64,000 bases of DNA from an uncultured Thiomicrospira sp. (lineage in GTDB: Bacteria; Pseudomonadota; Gammaproteobacteria; CAKMZV01): the NCBI GenBank assembly GCA_965195345.1, contig OZ239628.1:1024001-1088000 (forward strand), written 5' to 3'. Position numbers and translations under genes: made by a program. Each line of letters opens with the position of its first letter. Positions within the stretch are counted from its first letter, which is position 1. Below the pieces are notes generated by a model. It was not told where the DNA came from and searched no databases. It saw nothing but the letters and a program-made list of their open reading frames with translations. Of the stretch, positions 19,725-30,421 are shown piece by piece.

Positions 19725-20891
19725 ATGAGAATAACTGTTGTTGGCACTGGATATGTTGGTTTATCATTGGCATTGATTCTTGCGCAAAATAATGACGTTA
19801 TTGGATTGGATATTGATTCGACGAAAGTAGCGTTGCTTAATGAAAATAAAAGCCCTATCATTGATCATGACATAGATGCATTTTTAAGTAGAACGGATAT
19901 TAAATTTCAAGCGACTACCGATAAAGAACGAGCCTACCTTCATGCAGATTTTGTCGTCATAGCAACGCCTACTGATTACGATCCTGTTGAAAATAAATTT
20001 AACACTCAATCTATAGAAAACGCTATAGAGACGCTTTTAAGTTTCAATAAAAATGCATTTGTAATTATAAAATCTACAATTCCAGTTGGATATACTGAAA
20101 AAATAAAAAAACACTTCAATTTTAATAATATAGCTTTTTCACCTGAATTTTTACGAGAAGGGCAAGCGCTATTTGACAATCTTTATCCTTCAAGAATTGT
20201 TATTGGAGATTGCTCAAAGCGCGCTCATGAATTTGCCAAACTTTTATCCGATGCTGCGCTATCGGATAATGTCCCAGTGCTATTCATGGATTCAACAGAG
20301 GCCGAAGCTATTAAATTATTTTCTAATACATATTTAGCCATGAGAGTTGCCTTTTTTAATGAACTGGATAGCTTTTGTGAAACATTTGATGTGAGTACTA
20401 AGCGGATAATTGATGGAGTTTGTCTTGACCCACGAATTGGGGAAGGTTATAACAATCCTTCCTTTGGCTATGGAGGCTATTGCTTACCGAAAGATACGAA
20501 ACAACTCGTTGCGAACTATGGCAATGTTCCTAATAATTTAATTAAAGCAATCGTCAATGCTAATGTGACAAGAAAGGATTTTATCGCAAGTCAAATTCTA
20601 AAGATGAATCCCAAAGTTGTGGGCATTTACAGGCTAACGATGAAGAAAGACTCTGATAATTTTCGGTTTTCAGCGATACAAGGTATTATGAAACGTATTA
20701 AAGCAAAAGGTGTTGAAGTTATAGTATATGAACCACATCTTGAGGTAGAACAATATTTCAACTCCAAAGTTATTCGTGAATTGAGTGATTTCAAAGAGCT
20801 CTCGGATTTGATTATCACTAATAGAATTACTGAGGCGTTAGAAGATGTTTCGGAGAAAGTATATACACGTGACGTTTTTGGAGAGAGTTGA
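19725..20891 (+). CDS. ugd: UDP-glucose 6-dehydrogenase
   Basis: [29 protein letters not shown]. Confidence 0.95.
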   Translation: MRITVVGTGYVGLSLALILAQNNDVIGLDIDSTKVALLNENKSPIIDHDIDAFLSRTDIKFQATTDKERAYLHADFVVIATPTDYDPVENKFNTQSIENAIETLLSFNKNAFVIIKSTIPVGYTEKIKKHFNFNNIAFSPEFLREGQALFDNLYPSRIVIGDCSKRAHEFAKLLSDAALSDNVPVLFMDSTEAEAIKLFSNTYLAMRVAFFNELDSFCETFDVSTKRIIDGVCLDPRIGEGYNNPSFGYGGYCLPKDTKQLVANYGNVPNNLIKAIVNANVTRKDFIASQILKMNPKVVGIYRLTMKKDSDNFRFSAIQGIMKRIKAKGVEVIVYEPHLEVEQYFNSKVIRELSDFKELSDLIITNRITEALEDVSEKVYTRDVFGES

Positions 20892-22081
20892 ATGATATTT
20901 TTAATGCAAGCAATGTGTTCAATTTCCAAACAACATGGTTTTATCAAAAAGTGATAAAAAAAGCAGTATTCGTAACCCCACATTATTTAGACCAAAAAAG
21001 AAGAACAGGATTTTATTGGGCAGCCAACGCACTTCATGAGATGGGCTGGCAAGTGCTATTCTTTACATCACCTATCAGCATGATCTCTCGATTAAATCGG
21101 GACCATCGTATTCAGTACGGAGCGTTAAGTGAAAAGCATAAATTAATAGAGAAACGGCCTAATTTTTTTTCTTACGTACACTACACCACCTGGCATAAGG
21201 TGAATTTTTCTAAGGCATTTCCAAAAAAATGGCTGGGAAATGTTGCACAAAAAGTGCTTTATCCTTTGATGAAAACGCCCACTTTAATGTTGGGTGAGAG
21301 TGCGAAATTCATCCGTGAAGCAGACGTCATTGTTTTTGAGAGTTCTCCATCATTAGAACTTATGACACAATTTCAAGCACACAATAGCCACGCTCGTTAT
21401 ATATACCGAGCTTCCGATGATTTAGATGTTCTTCGAGTACATCAAGACACAAAGGATTTTCAGGCTAAAAATATGTTGAATTTTGATCGTGTGAGCTGCG
21501 TAAGTATTAAATTGTATGAAAAATTAAAAACCATAGCACCAAAGGCAAATATACATTTAGATTATCATGGCATTGAAAAAAACATTTTTGATGAAAAGCA
21601 TCCGAATCCGTATAAACAAAATGGTAATAAAAATGCTGTTTTTGTTGGAGTAGGTGATGTTGATTATGATTTTTTTGAAAAAGCGGCTGATATTTGCCCA
21701 AATTGGAATTTCCATTTTATTGGTCCTTTAAAAACTATTTCGAAGGCTAATGTAATCATGTATGGAGAAATACCGTTTATTGAAACAATTCCTTACATAC
21801 AACATGCAGACGCTGGACTAAATTGTCGCGTTTGGTCTCCAGGTGGAGATGCTTTTACTGACACACTTAAGGTTATGCAGTTTACATATTGTGGCATAGC
21901 TATCGTAGCCCCTGAATTTTTAAGGACCGAACGCAAAAATACCTTTTATTATCTTCCGGGTGATCAAGATTCTATGAAAGTGGCGTTAGACCAAGCCTCA
22001 GAGTATAAACGCGAAGATGACGGCATGGACTATCAAATCAACAGTTGGCAAGATGTTGTTGAAAGTTGGATTGCTGTTTAA
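20888..22081 (+). CDS. GumK-like (GT70) glucuronosyltransferase
   Basis: N-terminal H-x4-RRTGF.WAA..L...[32 protein letters not shown]...V.P resemble GumK. Real start may be GTG 20951. Confidence 0.7.
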   Translation: MNDIFNASNVFNFQTTWFYQKVIKKAVFVTPHYLDQKRRTGFYWAANALHEMGWQVLFFTSPISMISRLNRDHRIQYGALSEKHKLIEKRPNFFSYVHYTTWHKVNFSKAFPKKWLGNVAQKVLYPLMKTPTLMLGESAKFIREADVIVFESSPSLELMTQFQAHNSHARYIYRASDDLDVLRVHQDTKDFQAKNMLNFDRVSCVSIKLYEKLKTIAPKANIHLDYHGIEKNIFDEKHPNPYKQNGNKNAVFVGVGDVDYDFFEKAADICPNWNFHFIGPLKTISKANVIMYGEIPFIETIPYIQHADAGLNCRVWSPGGDAFTDTLKVMQFTYCGIAIVAPEFLRTERKNTFYYLPGDQDSMKVALDQASEYKREDDGMDYQINSWQDVVESWIAV

Positions 22082-22128
22082 AAGCCTTTTAAAAAACCAA
22101 TGACTCATTAATGGTTTTATCAAGGACC

Positions 22129-22563
22129 CTAGATATTTGGTTCTAAAGGGTGAGGCTGTCCTACTCCTTTTTCAAGTAAGTTTTTCAAACTCACTGTAAG
22201 AAAGAAGCCCCATTTAGAATTGCAATGCATAAAGAACTCATTGGGCTCTGCCCAACCTAAATTGCTAAATTCTAGCGCAGAACCTCGGACATCTTTTTCT
22301 ATGTTGAATACAAATGATTTTGTATCAATCCATGGGCCATCACTGCAAGTCCAGCAAACTCGCTTGTTTGAGATTAACTCAGTGATTTTCATTTTGACCA
22401 AATGATCGCCGTTTTCACCAAAGAAAAAATGAATCTCTGAACCGAGTTCCCCTTTGGTTTCTGCTTTAGTCCACCAAGCACTCAATTGACTTTGTTTTGT
22501 TAGTGCGCTGAATACTTTTTCGGGCGACGCCTCTATGATTACGCGATGTAAAATATCTACCAT
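22129..22563 (-). CDS. SRPBCC/AHSA1-like domain protein
   Basis: ILHRVII.ASPEKVFSALT...L..WW, HCNSKWGFFL..SLK. Confidence 0.85.
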   Translation of the reverse strand: MVDILHRVIIEASPEKVFSALTKQSQLSAWWTKAETKGELGSEIHFFFGENGDHLVKMKITELISNKRVCWTCSDGPWIDTKSFVFNIEKDVRGSALEFSNLGWAEPNEFFMHCNSKWGFFLTVSLKNLLEKGVGQPHPLEPNI

Positions 22564-22901
22564 AACTTTTCATTTCCTTAATTGCTGCGAAAGATCTTCT
22601 TTCAGCTTATTTATATTTTAAACGTAGATGACATGTTTTTATCTGAAAAAGTACATTAAATCATCAGGGATTATCGTAACAGTTTAACGATAGAAAAACT
22701 TTTTAATATCATGAAACAGCTATGTACATGAGGCAAGCCAATAGGATCAGTATTGTTACAGCGGTTGATTCATACAATTATTGCAAGCTAGTAATTTTAA
22801 GTTTACAATGAAATAAGTTTCAGTTAAAGTTACGCTGTGGTACTAAGTGAATTGCTGGAGATTTCGATTATTTTTTAACAGTTTAACACTCTAAATCAAT
22901 C

Positions 22902-24167
22902 ATGACAAAAAAAGTAGTTATTGTTGGGGCAGGTTTCGCTGGATTAGAGGCTGCTAAAGCTGTTGCTCAATCAAAGAACATGGAAGTTGTTGTAATTGAT
23001 CGACGCAATTATCATCTTTTTCAACCTCTCTTGTATCAAGTCGCCATGGCTGGTCTTAATGCTGCTGATATTGCAGAACCAATCAGATCAATTTTTTCAA
23101 AACAAAAGAATGTTACTGTATATCAAGGCGCAGTTGAGCAAGTTTTAGCTTCTGAAAATAAAATAATCACAGATTTTGGTGATATAAATTATGATTATTT
23201 AGTGTTGGCGTGTGGAGCAATGCATCATTATTACGGCAATGATGAGTGGGAAAAATTTGCACCAGGGTTGAAAACGTTGTCACAAGCCACTGAAATCCGA
23301 TTACGAGTGCTTAGCGCTTTTGAAGAGGCTGAAAAGTCGAATGATCCTGAGACAAGAAGGAAGCATTTAACTTTTGTTATTGTTGGGGGAGGTCCTACTG
23401 GTGTTGAACTAGCTGGTGCTATTGGGGAAATGAGTCGATTTACATTGCGCAGTGATTTTCGCAATATTAATCCCAGCGATGCACGGATTATATTAGTGAA
23501 TGCGGGCGATCTTGTTTTAAATACTTTTGCACCTGACTTATCAAAGCATGCCATGCGATCATTGGAGTCTCTTGGAGTGGAGATTATTGTAAATAAGCAC
23601 GCTAGTAATTTAAGCAGCGAAGGGCTTGATATTGGTGATACTTTTTATCCTGCTTCTACTATTCTTTGGGCTGCAGGCGTTACGCCTTCACCAATTGGTA
23701 AGGATTCAAAATTGCCCATAGATAGAGGGGGACGTATACTTACCAATGCTGATTTGTCCGTTCAAGGACATTCGAATATTTTTGCTGCTGGTGATTTGGC
23801 AAACGTAGTAAAAAATGAACATCCTCTTCCTGGAGTAGCTTCTGTTGCTATGCAGGAAGGAAGATATGTTGGTAAAGTTATTCTTGCTGATGCACAGAAC
23901 AAAAAACGTCCAGTATTCAATTATTTTGATAAAGGTTCTATAGCTACTATTGGTCGTTCAAAAGCTATCATGCAAAGTGGTCCAATTAAATTATGGGGTT
24001 GGGGGGCATGGATAGTGTGGTTATTTGTTCACATTGTTTATTTAGTACGCTATAAAAATCGATTTTTCACCATTTTCCAATGGGGTGTCTCATATTTCTT
24101 TTATCGCCGTGGTGCTCGCCTTATCATTCGTAAAGAATGGCATCGACGTAAGCAAGATATTAAGTAG
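22902..24167 (+). CDS. ndh: Type II NAD(P)H:quinone oxidoreductase
   Basis: GAGFAG, HLFQPLLYQVA, GGGPTGVELAG, WAAGV, FAAGD, YFDKGSIATIGR. Confidence 0.9.
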   Translation: MTKKVVIVGAGFAGLEAAKAVAQSKNMEVVVIDRRNYHLFQPLLYQVAMAGLNAADIAEPIRSIFSKQKNVTVYQGAVEQVLASENKIITDFGDINYDYLVLACGAMHHYYGNDEWEKFAPGLKTLSQATEIRLRVLSAFEEAEKSNDPETRRKHLTFVIVGGGPTGVELAGAIGEMSRFTLRSDFRNINPSDARIILVNAGDLVLNTFAPDLSKHAMRSLESLGVEIIVNKHASNLSSEGLDIGDTFYPASTILWAAGVTPSPIGKDSKLPIDRGGRILTNADLSVQGHSNIFAAGDLANVVKNEHPLPGVASVAMQEGRYVGKVILADAQNKKRPVFNYFDKGSIATIGRSKAIMQSGPIKLWGWGAWIVWLFVHIVYLVRYKNRFFTIFQWGVSYFFYRRGARLIIRKEWHRRKQDIK

Positions 24168-24190
24168 CCCGATTTCTTTTGTGATTTAAT

Positions 24191-24218
24191 AAAAAAAAGC
24201 GTGCTTCGCACGCTCTTT
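24191..24218. terminator. Intrinsic terminator, strongest on the minus strand (sox operon)
   Basis: AGCGTGC-TTC-GCACGCT hairpin flanked by A8 on the left and CTTT on the right, between convergent ndh and soxA. Confidence 0.8.
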
Positions 24219-24258
24219 ATTCAAATAAAATATAGCCTTTTGAAGTCTAAATAAAGCA

Positions 24259-25095
24259 TCAACCTCGTGTTTGAGGACCATTCCACCTCAACCCATTTGA
24301 CATGTAAGTGTGGAAAAATTCAAGGTTTCTATATTCCGTGCTTTGAGGCTTAAATGGTTTGGCTCGGATGTTTTTTTGACAACCAACATATCTGCGATGT
24401 AAAGTACCCAAATTTCCCCATTTTTTACGGTATACCGGAAAGTGTGAAGTTTGACCAATGACGCTTGATAGCACATTAGCTCGCGCTCTATAACCGGCAT
24501 AATAAACGTGGCAGTCGGCACATGCCATATTCAGTTGCCCACGTTTTCCATAAAAAAGATTCTTCCCTTTTAGATAAGCGTTTTTTGCACCTTCACTTGA
24601 TATGTCTATGTTGATTTGTTTTTCCCGCGCTTCGAATGACAGATAAGCTGCTAGATTAGCAATCGCTCCTTTTTGCCAGCCAAAAGGTATTTCACCGTTG
24701 GCTACTCGACACTCATTAAGTGCTAATTCAAGCGTTATAACCTCAGCCCTTTCATTACTATAGCTAGGAAAACTTGGACGAATATTATCAACGCTCATAC
24801 CTGGAAAGCAACTGGCGTATGTTTTTCCATTACTAAAAGTAGTATTCCACTCGTCTTCACCTTTGGTAATGAAGTCTTCGTAAGGTGGAAAGTCTGCTTC
24901 TGTATCTTCCCACTGCTCACGCAGATCAGGATCAAAAACATAGTTACCGTTGATGTAATCTGAAGTCTCTATAGAAGAGTATTTGTTTGAAAAATAGTCC
25001 CATAGTCTTTGCTTGTCTTCTCCTGGAGTGGCACTGTAAGCAGAAAGAACGAATAACGTACTTCCTAATCCTGCAAAAAAAGTTCTCAGTTTCAT
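24259..25095 (-). CDS. soxA: SoxA cytochrome c subunit (monoheme type)
   Basis: RGQLNMACADCH, FPVYR.KW, RRYVGC..NIRA, Y.NLEFF..YMSNG; signal peptide. Confidence 0.95.
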   Translation of the reverse strand: MKLRTFFAGLGSTLFVLSAYSATPGEDKQRLWDYFSNKYSSIETSDYINGNYVFDPDLREQWEDTEADFPPYEDFITKGEDEWNTTFSNGKTYASCFPGMSVDNIRPSFPSYSNERAEVITLELALNECRVANGEIPFGWQKGAIANLAAYLSFEAREKQINIDISSEGAKNAYLKGKNLFYGKRGQLNMACADCHVYYAGYRARANVLSSVIGQTSHFPVYRKKWGNLGTLHRRYVGCQKNIRAKPFKPQSTEYRNLEFFHTYMSNGLRWNGPQTRG

Positions 25096-25119
25096 ACTAA
25101 TCCTTTAAAAATAGTGGAG

Positions 25120-25425
25120 TTATTTTACCTTTGCCTTACCTGATCCAGTTTTTCCGTTGTTATCCACATAACTTAGTTCGATAAAGTCACCTTTTTCTCC
25201 TCGTAGCTTCAAGCCTATGAAAGGGTTTTTAGAAACTGCTGTACTCATCTCACCCACTGAAGCAATCTTATCATTATGTTTAATAGTTACTTGTGTAATG
25301 TAGTTGGCTGGAATTAATTTGCCTGTTTTTTTGTTTTTACGCAATCCAGTTTCCATGGGGTGCTTAATCAAAGATCTAACATTAATCAAACCTTTTTTAA
25401 GGTTAGCTCGTATTTTCACGCTCAT
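25120..25425 (-). CDS. soxZ: Thiosulfate oxidation carrier complex protein SoxZ
   Basis: HPMETGLRK, IPANYI, VSKNPF, YVDNNG. Confidence 0.95.
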   Translation of the reverse strand: MSVKIRANLKKGLINVRSLIKHPMETGLRKNKKTGKLIPANYITQVTIKHNDKIASVGEMSTAVSKNPFIGLKLRGEKGDFIELSYVDNNGKTGSGKAKVK

Positions 25426-25457
25426 AATTTTTTCTCCTGAAATTAGCTAATAATCGT

Positions 25458-25925
25458 TTAACCGCCACATCCGCCAATAGTCACTTTGATTTCTTTTTCC
25501 ACAGACTCCAACTGCCCAGAGGTCGTTTCAAGTACTGCTAAAACTTTGGAGGTTTTTCCCATTTTTATTCGAGTTTTAAGAAATGGAACCGCATCTTCTT
25601 CAAATACATAACTGCTGGCAAGAGGGCGTGGATTATTTTCAACAAAAACAGCCACTTTGCGGATATCTTGTCTTTTTGACGCATCAACTTCAATAGAGAC
25701 TACTAGACCATTTTCCGCAACTGCTGGTGTTTTAAACTTAACATTTTTTGCGGGAACATGCACACTGCTGCCAAAATATGCTTCCATTGCTTTGGGTATT
25801 GATTCTTCACTGAAAGCTTTCTCGTTCCAAGCCGCATTTGCGACTGTTCCGTTTAATAGCGCTGTTCCAGTGGCTAAAATAGCTGATGTTGCTAGACTTC
25901 CTTTTAGAAAAATTCTGCGTTCCAT
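25458..25925 (-). CDS. soxY: Thiosulfate oxidation carrier protein SoxY
   Basis: Tat signal ERRIFLK, AENG, NPRPL, RIKMGKTS, C-terminal KVTIGGCGG arm. Confidence 0.97.
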   Translation of the reverse strand: MERRIFLKGSLATSAILATGTALLNGTVANAAWNEKAFSEESIPKAMEAYFGSSVHVPAKNVKFKTPAVAENGLVVSIEVDASKRQDIRKVAVFVENNPRPLASSYVFEEDAVPFLKTRIKMGKTSKVLAVLETTSGQLESVEKEIKVTIGGCGG

Positions 25926-25942
25926 AAATTCTCCGTATATAG

Positions 25943-26314
25943 TTATAGAGTGTGTATATAAGCTGTAATAGCTCTTATCTCCTTTTCGGTTAGCATTAAA
26001 TGCTTACCAAAAGGAGGCATAATTGAGTTTGGATTGATTTTTGAGGCATCAAATATTTGATTGTAAAGCTTTTCCTCTTCAGGGAAACGAGCCATCATAC
26101 CAACCAAAGGCGGCCCAATAGTTCCAGCCAAAGTCGCTTTCTTAGGATCTGCGGTCGGCATGGCATGGCAAGCGATGCAGTTTCCTTTACCTCTGTTAAA
26201 AGCTAATTTTTCTCCTTCTTTAATGAGATCTTCACCTGAATATGCCACTGTTGTTACGCCAAAAAAAGCAGTAAACAGTGCAATATTTACTCCAAGTAAA
26301 ACCATTTTTTTCAT
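25943..26314 (-). CDS. soxX: SoxX cytochrome c subunit
   Basis: KGNCIACH, GTIGPPL, NPNSIMPPFGK. Confidence 0.95.
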   Translation of the reverse strand: MKKMVLLGVNIALFTAFFGVTTVAYSGEDLIKEGEKLAFNRGKGNCIACHAMPTADPKKATLAGTIGPPLVGMMARFPEEEKLYNQIFDASKINPNSIMPPFGKHLMLTEKEIRAITAYIHTL

Positions 26315-26345
26315 GTGTTCTCCATAATTAGCCTATTTTGTGTAA

Positions 26346-26374
26346 AGCATACAATGAAAAGGTAAAAACCTCAA
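26346..26374 (-). promoter_or_regulatory. Putative sigma70 promoter of soxXYZA
   Basis: Minus strand TTGAGG, 17 nt, TATGCT; SD GGAGA before soxX. Confidence 0.45.
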
Positions 26375-26413
26375 GTATTTTTTCATATAAATCGTAAAAA
26401 AATATACGCTCAA

Positions 26414-27781
26414 CTAGTTATATTCTAAAAATTGTTTTAAGCGTGCACTTTCACTATCCATTCGAGTTTTGAAAGTGTTGTTGTCGCTTGCATTTTTAGC
26501 CTCTTCAATAAAGGTAAGTGATTTACGTATATGTCCTGTTTGCTCAAATGCTCGTGCTTTGTAAAATAAAGAATGAACTCTATCATTGTTTCTATCGTAT
26601 GCCTTGGCAAGCAAGTTATAAGTAAAAGCAGGTTTTGCTGTTGTTTGAATATTCTCATGATATCTTTTAATTAAAGTTTCGGGAGATTTCACAAATCTCA
26701 TGCTAAGTGATTGAATGGCAAGGTGATAGGGGTTCGATAAGTATAATTGTTCAAATAAGTGTTTTTTCTCATCTTCATTCAGTAAGTCACTTTCTAAAGC
26801 CAGTAGATCATAAAACAAGTGTTTTCTTAATTTTGTGGCTAGCCATTCTTTCAATTTTGGATTTTTATTTTGATGCCAGACAAGCGCCTGATAGTATTCT
26901 CGTGAAGCAAGAGAATATGTTGAGTCAATTTCCCTGCCAGTTACAAATGCTGTCCTTGCTTGTACTAACTGAAAGGTTAACTGTTCTTTTAGTGGGAAAT
27001 CAGATTGATTCTCACTACGTTCTATAGCTTCTTTCAATCTATTTTGTGTAAGCGGATGAGTACGTAGATATACAGGAAGATTGCCAGTGTCGAAGCGAGA
27101 AAGTCGAGCAAAGAACGATGGCATTGCTTGGCTAGAGTACCCCGCTCTTTCTAAATAAACTTGACCTTTACGGTCAGCTTCAAGCTCGAATAATCTTGTG
27201 TTAGCCAGAAAGCTATCATATTGAAGTGCAATGGAGCCATAGATACCTGCTGCTGATAAATCAGCATTATCTGAATAGATCCCAGCGATCAGTAGTGCCA
27301 GCCCTGCAAGCAAAGAAGGGGTTTCGTTTTTTCTACTGTTCAGTAGCGGACGGGCAATATGGTTTTGTGTAACATGCGCGACTTCGTGAGCAATCACAGC
27401 AATTAGCTCTTCTTCACTTCGAGCATTAACTATCAACCCAGCATGAATACCAATTCGACCATCAGGACCAGCAAATGCATTTATCGAATTGTCAACGACC
27501 ATAAAAAAGTCGAAATCGCGACCAACGTGATCGCTAGCGTTGGTTATCTGCGTTCCAAGGTCATAAAGGTATTGAGTAAGAATGGGGTCATTTGAAACAT
27601 GAGTAAAAGCAAGGATTTGACTCATAAATCTTTGCCCTGCAACTTTTTCATCAAAACGGCTAAATTCAACTCTTTCAGGGTTGCCAAGTAACGGAAGATC
27701 AACAACATCTTTGGAATATGCAGATGTTGATATATGCGTGATGATGATTATGCACAGAGCATGAAAAAATCTAATTTTCAT
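26414..27781 (-). CDS. bepA: M48 family periplasmic metalloprotease (BepA/YfgC-like)
   Basis: INAFA.P.G, AHEVAHVTQNHIAR (HExxH), E.EADR.G, YLRTHP, TPR-like C-terminus. Confidence 0.8.
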   Translation of the reverse strand: MKIRFFHALCIIIITHISTSAYSKDVVDLPLLGNPERVEFSRFDEKVAGQRFMSQILAFTHVSNDPILTQYLYDLGTQITNASDHVGRDFDFFMVVDNSINAFAGPDGRIGIHAGLIVNARSEEELIAVIAHEVAHVTQNHIARPLLNSRKNETPSLLAGLALLIAGIYSDNADLSAAGIYGSIALQYDSFLANTRLFELEADRKGQVYLERAGYSSQAMPSFFARLSRFDTGNLPVYLRTHPLTQNRLKEAIERSENQSDFPLKEQLTFQLVQARTAFVTGREIDSTYSLASREYYQALVWHQNKNPKLKEWLATKLRKHLFYDLLALESDLLNEDEKKHLFEQLYLSNPYHLAIQSLSMRFVKSPETLIKRYHENIQTTAKPAFTYNLLAKAYDRNNDRVHSLFYKARAFEQTGHIRKSLTFIEEAKNASDNNTFKTRMDSESARLKQFLEYN

Positions 27782-27806
27782 ACGTTCATATCATTTTGTC
27801 GAACTA

Positions 27807-28097
27807 TCACCCTTGCCAGTCTTTATAGCTACCCATATCAAAAATTTTCGTGTACCCGTGATGATGCAAAATATTAAGAGCGATATCAGAGCGTCGACCT
27901 GTTCTACAGAACAATACGATAGGACGTTCCTTGTCAGCGTCTAATAAATTGAAATCTAACCTTTCTATTTCCTGTAGAGGGAGGTTGACTGAACATGGAA
28001 TTCCAGAATCAGCATATTCTTCGGGAGTTCGAACGTCTATGAACTGAGCATTTTCATTCTCAATTAGTTGTTTGGCTTGACTGTATTCAATTTTCAT
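27807..28097 (-). CDS. Single-domain rhodanese (sulfurtransferase)
   Basis: IDVRTPEEY, active loop CRTGRRS; SD AGGTG before ATG 28097. Confidence 0.88.
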   Translation of the reverse strand: MKIEYSQAKQLIENENAQFIDVRTPEEYADSGIPCSVNLPLQEIERLDFNLLDADKERPIVLFCRTGRRSDIALNILHHHGYTKIFDMGSYKDWQG

Positions 28098-28132
28098 TTT
28101 TTCACCTGATCTTGCTTGTCCATGTCTCAAAA

Positions 28133-28603
28133 TCAGAATATGGACAATAAGGATATTATTATAATTAAAAAACCTGTAATTAACCCTGCTACTACGTCAT
28201 CAATCATGATTCCCCAGCCAGAGGGTACTTTTTTCTCTAACACATGAATTGGCCATGGCTTCAAAATGTCAAAAATTCTAAAAATCAAAAAGGCCATAAT
28301 AATAAGCGCTAAGTTAGAGTTTTGCTGCAACGGTAGTAGCGCAATCCACATACCAGAGAACTCATCAAAAACAATTGACTTTGGATCTTTTTGTTGCCAG
28401 TCGCTAGCGGTTTTTCCACATAGCCAAACACCTATAAAAAAGATCACTATATTAAACGCCAGTGCTTCTTTTAAAGAAAAATGTCGCAGAAAAAAATACC
28501 AAATAAGCAATGCAACAATTGATCCAGCAGTACCTGGAGCTATTCTACTTAGACCGCTTCCAAAGCCACAAGCAAGAAAATGAGACCAATTTTTTATTGA
28601 CAC
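28133..28603 (-). CDS. pgpA: Phosphatidylglycerophosphatase A
   Basis: GFGSGL...APGT.GS, DP..IV.DE..G, FRIFDILKPWPI, GIMIDD..AG. Confidence 0.95.
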   Translation of the reverse strand: MSIKNWSHFLACGFGSGLSRIAPGTAGSIVALLIWYFFLRHFSLKEALAFNIVIFFIGVWLCGKTASDWQQKDPKSIVFDEFSGMWIALLPLQQNSNLALIIMAFLIFRIFDILKPWPIHVLEKKVPSGWGIMIDDVVAGLITGFLIIIISLLSIF

Positions 28604-28620
28604 AACAGAAAGTTAATTTG

Positions 28621-29838
28621 TCAACTTCGGTGAAGTTTTCGTGTTCGATTTCTTAGGCGTAAAGCATTCAGTTTAATAAAACCCTCAGCATCCTTTTGAT
28701 TATAAGCGCCGTCATCTTCTTCAAAAGTAGCCGTTTTTTCATCAAATAAGGAACAGTTCGAGCGCCTTCCAATTACAGACACACTCCCTTTGTATAGAAA
28801 GAGGCGCACTTCTCCTTCTACGTTCTGTTGCGTTGAATCGATCAAAGCTTGAAGGGCTTCTCGTTCAGGGCTAAACCAATAGCCGTTGTAAATCAATTCT
28901 GCGTATTTCGGCATGATGCTGTCTTTTAAGTGTGCTTCTTCACGATCTAATGTGATCGATTCTATCGCTCTATGGGCTTTGAGCATAACTGTCCCCGCAG
29001 GGGTTTCGTAGCAACCACGCGACTTCATGCCGACGTATCTATTTTCTACGATATCAGCGCGACCGATGCTGTGAGCACCCGCCATATGATTAAGCTTTAG
29101 CATAAGGGCACTAGGAGAAAGTGGTTCGTGGTTTAATTTGATTGGGTTACCATGTTTATACTCTATTAATATTTCTTGCCCATCGTTTGGTGCTTGTTGA
29201 GGAGAACAAGTCCATTCCCACATGTTTTCTTCAGGTGCATTCCATGGGTCTTCAAGGCAACCACCTTCATAGGAGATGTGTAAGAGATTAGCATCCATAG
29301 AGTATGGGGACTTCTTCGCTGTGCTTTTTTCAATAGGTATGTTGTATTTATGAGCGTAACTTAGCAATTTTTCTCTTGAATTCAAGTCCCATTCACGCCA
29401 AGGAGCGATTATCTGAATTTCAGGGGATAGGGCATACGCACTTAGTTCAAAGCGGACTTGATCATTTCCTTTGCCTGTAGCACCATGTGCTATAGCGTCT
29501 GCTCCACATTCTTGAGCAATTTCAACCAATCGCTTTGCTATCAAAGGTCGAGCAATTGAAGTACCCAACAAATATTCCCCTTCATACACAGCATTTGATC
29601 GAAACATTGGAAAGACATAGTCTCTAGCAAATTCTTCTCGCAAATCCTCAATATAAATGGATTTAATCCCCATTAATTGAGCCTTTGCACGTGCGGGTTC
29701 TATTTCCTCTCCTTGTCCAATGTCGGCTGTAAAAGAAATTACCTCACAAGAATAATTTATTTGTAACCATTTTGCGATGACCGAAGTGTCGAGACCACCA
29801 GAATAGGCTAATACGATTTTTTTAAATGATTTAGACAT
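28621..29838 (-). CDS. argG: Argininosuccinate synthase
   Basis: [39 protein letters not shown]. Confidence 0.98.
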   Translation of the reverse strand: MSKSFKKIVLAYSGGLDTSVIAKWLQINYSCEVISFTADIGQGEEIEPARAKAQLMGIKSIYIEDLREEFARDYVFPMFRSNAVYEGEYLLGTSIARPLIAKRLVEIAQECGADAIAHGATGKGNDQVRFELSAYALSPEIQIIAPWREWDLNSREKLLSYAHKYNIPIEKSTAKKSPYSMDANLLHISYEGGCLEDPWNAPEENMWEWTCSPQQAPNDGQEILIEYKHGNPIKLNHEPLSPSALMLKLNHMAGAHSIGRADIVENRYVGMKSRGCYETPAGTVMLKAHRAIESITLDREEAHLKDSIMPKYAELIYNGYWFSPEREALQALIDSTQQNVEGEVRLFLYKGSVSVIGRRSNCSLFDEKTATFEEDDGAYNQKDAEGFIKLNALRLRNRTRKLHRS

Positions 29839-30058
29839 GCAGTTCCATATTTATCAGAAGATACTTTTACCGTCTGTGGTTTATTTCTATTTTATGTAAG
29901 CCTTACAAGCGGGCATTGTAAATTATTTTCACCAACAAGTAATATACAAATTTTTTGAATATTGTTGATTTAAAAGCCGCTTAAGTATCAATGATACGCT
30001 AATTTAGTATTGGTTGAAATTCAGGTTTGATGGGAAGTGAGACGCAAAAGAATTAAGT

Positions 30059-30421
30059 TCAATTGACAGGCATTTCTGGAGATGAAGGAGGTGTTTCTAT
30101 TTCTTGTTTGTTTTTTTGTTCATTCTGTGGATAGGAATCTTCAGTTAAATTCAATTTAAGCAATTCATTTCGAATATCATTCATCTCTTCGAGGGCTTGA
30201 GTAACATCCGTGCTTTTGCGCAATAAATCAAATGCTAAAAGTAGTCCAGCCATGATGGCTTGTTTTTCAAAAGGCGTTCCTTTATTAACCAAATTATCTA
30301 ATTGCTGTTGCAGTTTTTCTGCTGCCATTTCAAGTAAGACTTGATTTTCTTTGGGACAGCGGATTTTATAAGATTGGCCAAGGAATAAAAATTCTAAGTT
30401 TTCAATGGATGGTTGAGGCAT
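30059..30421 (-). CDS. zapA: Cell division protein ZapA-like
   Basis: FLGQSYKIRCP.E....LEMAAEKL, AIMAGLLLAFDLL, then coiled coil. Confidence 0.75.
   Translation of the reverse strand: MPQPSIENLEFLFLGQSYKIRCPKENQVLLEMAAEKLQQQLDNLVNKGTPFEKQAIMAGLLLAFDLLRKSTDVTQALEEMNDIRNELLKLNLTEDSYPQNEQKNKQEIETPPSSPEMPVN

Noticed and set aside
16242-22563. Island at tRNA-Met
   Set aside because: Followed directly by housekeeping algC; no att repeat or mobility gene seen.
29840-30058. 6S RNA (ssrS), expected downstream of zapA
   Set aside because: No long self-complementary rod or 6S-like conserved segments visible; the region looks like the AT-rich argG promoter.
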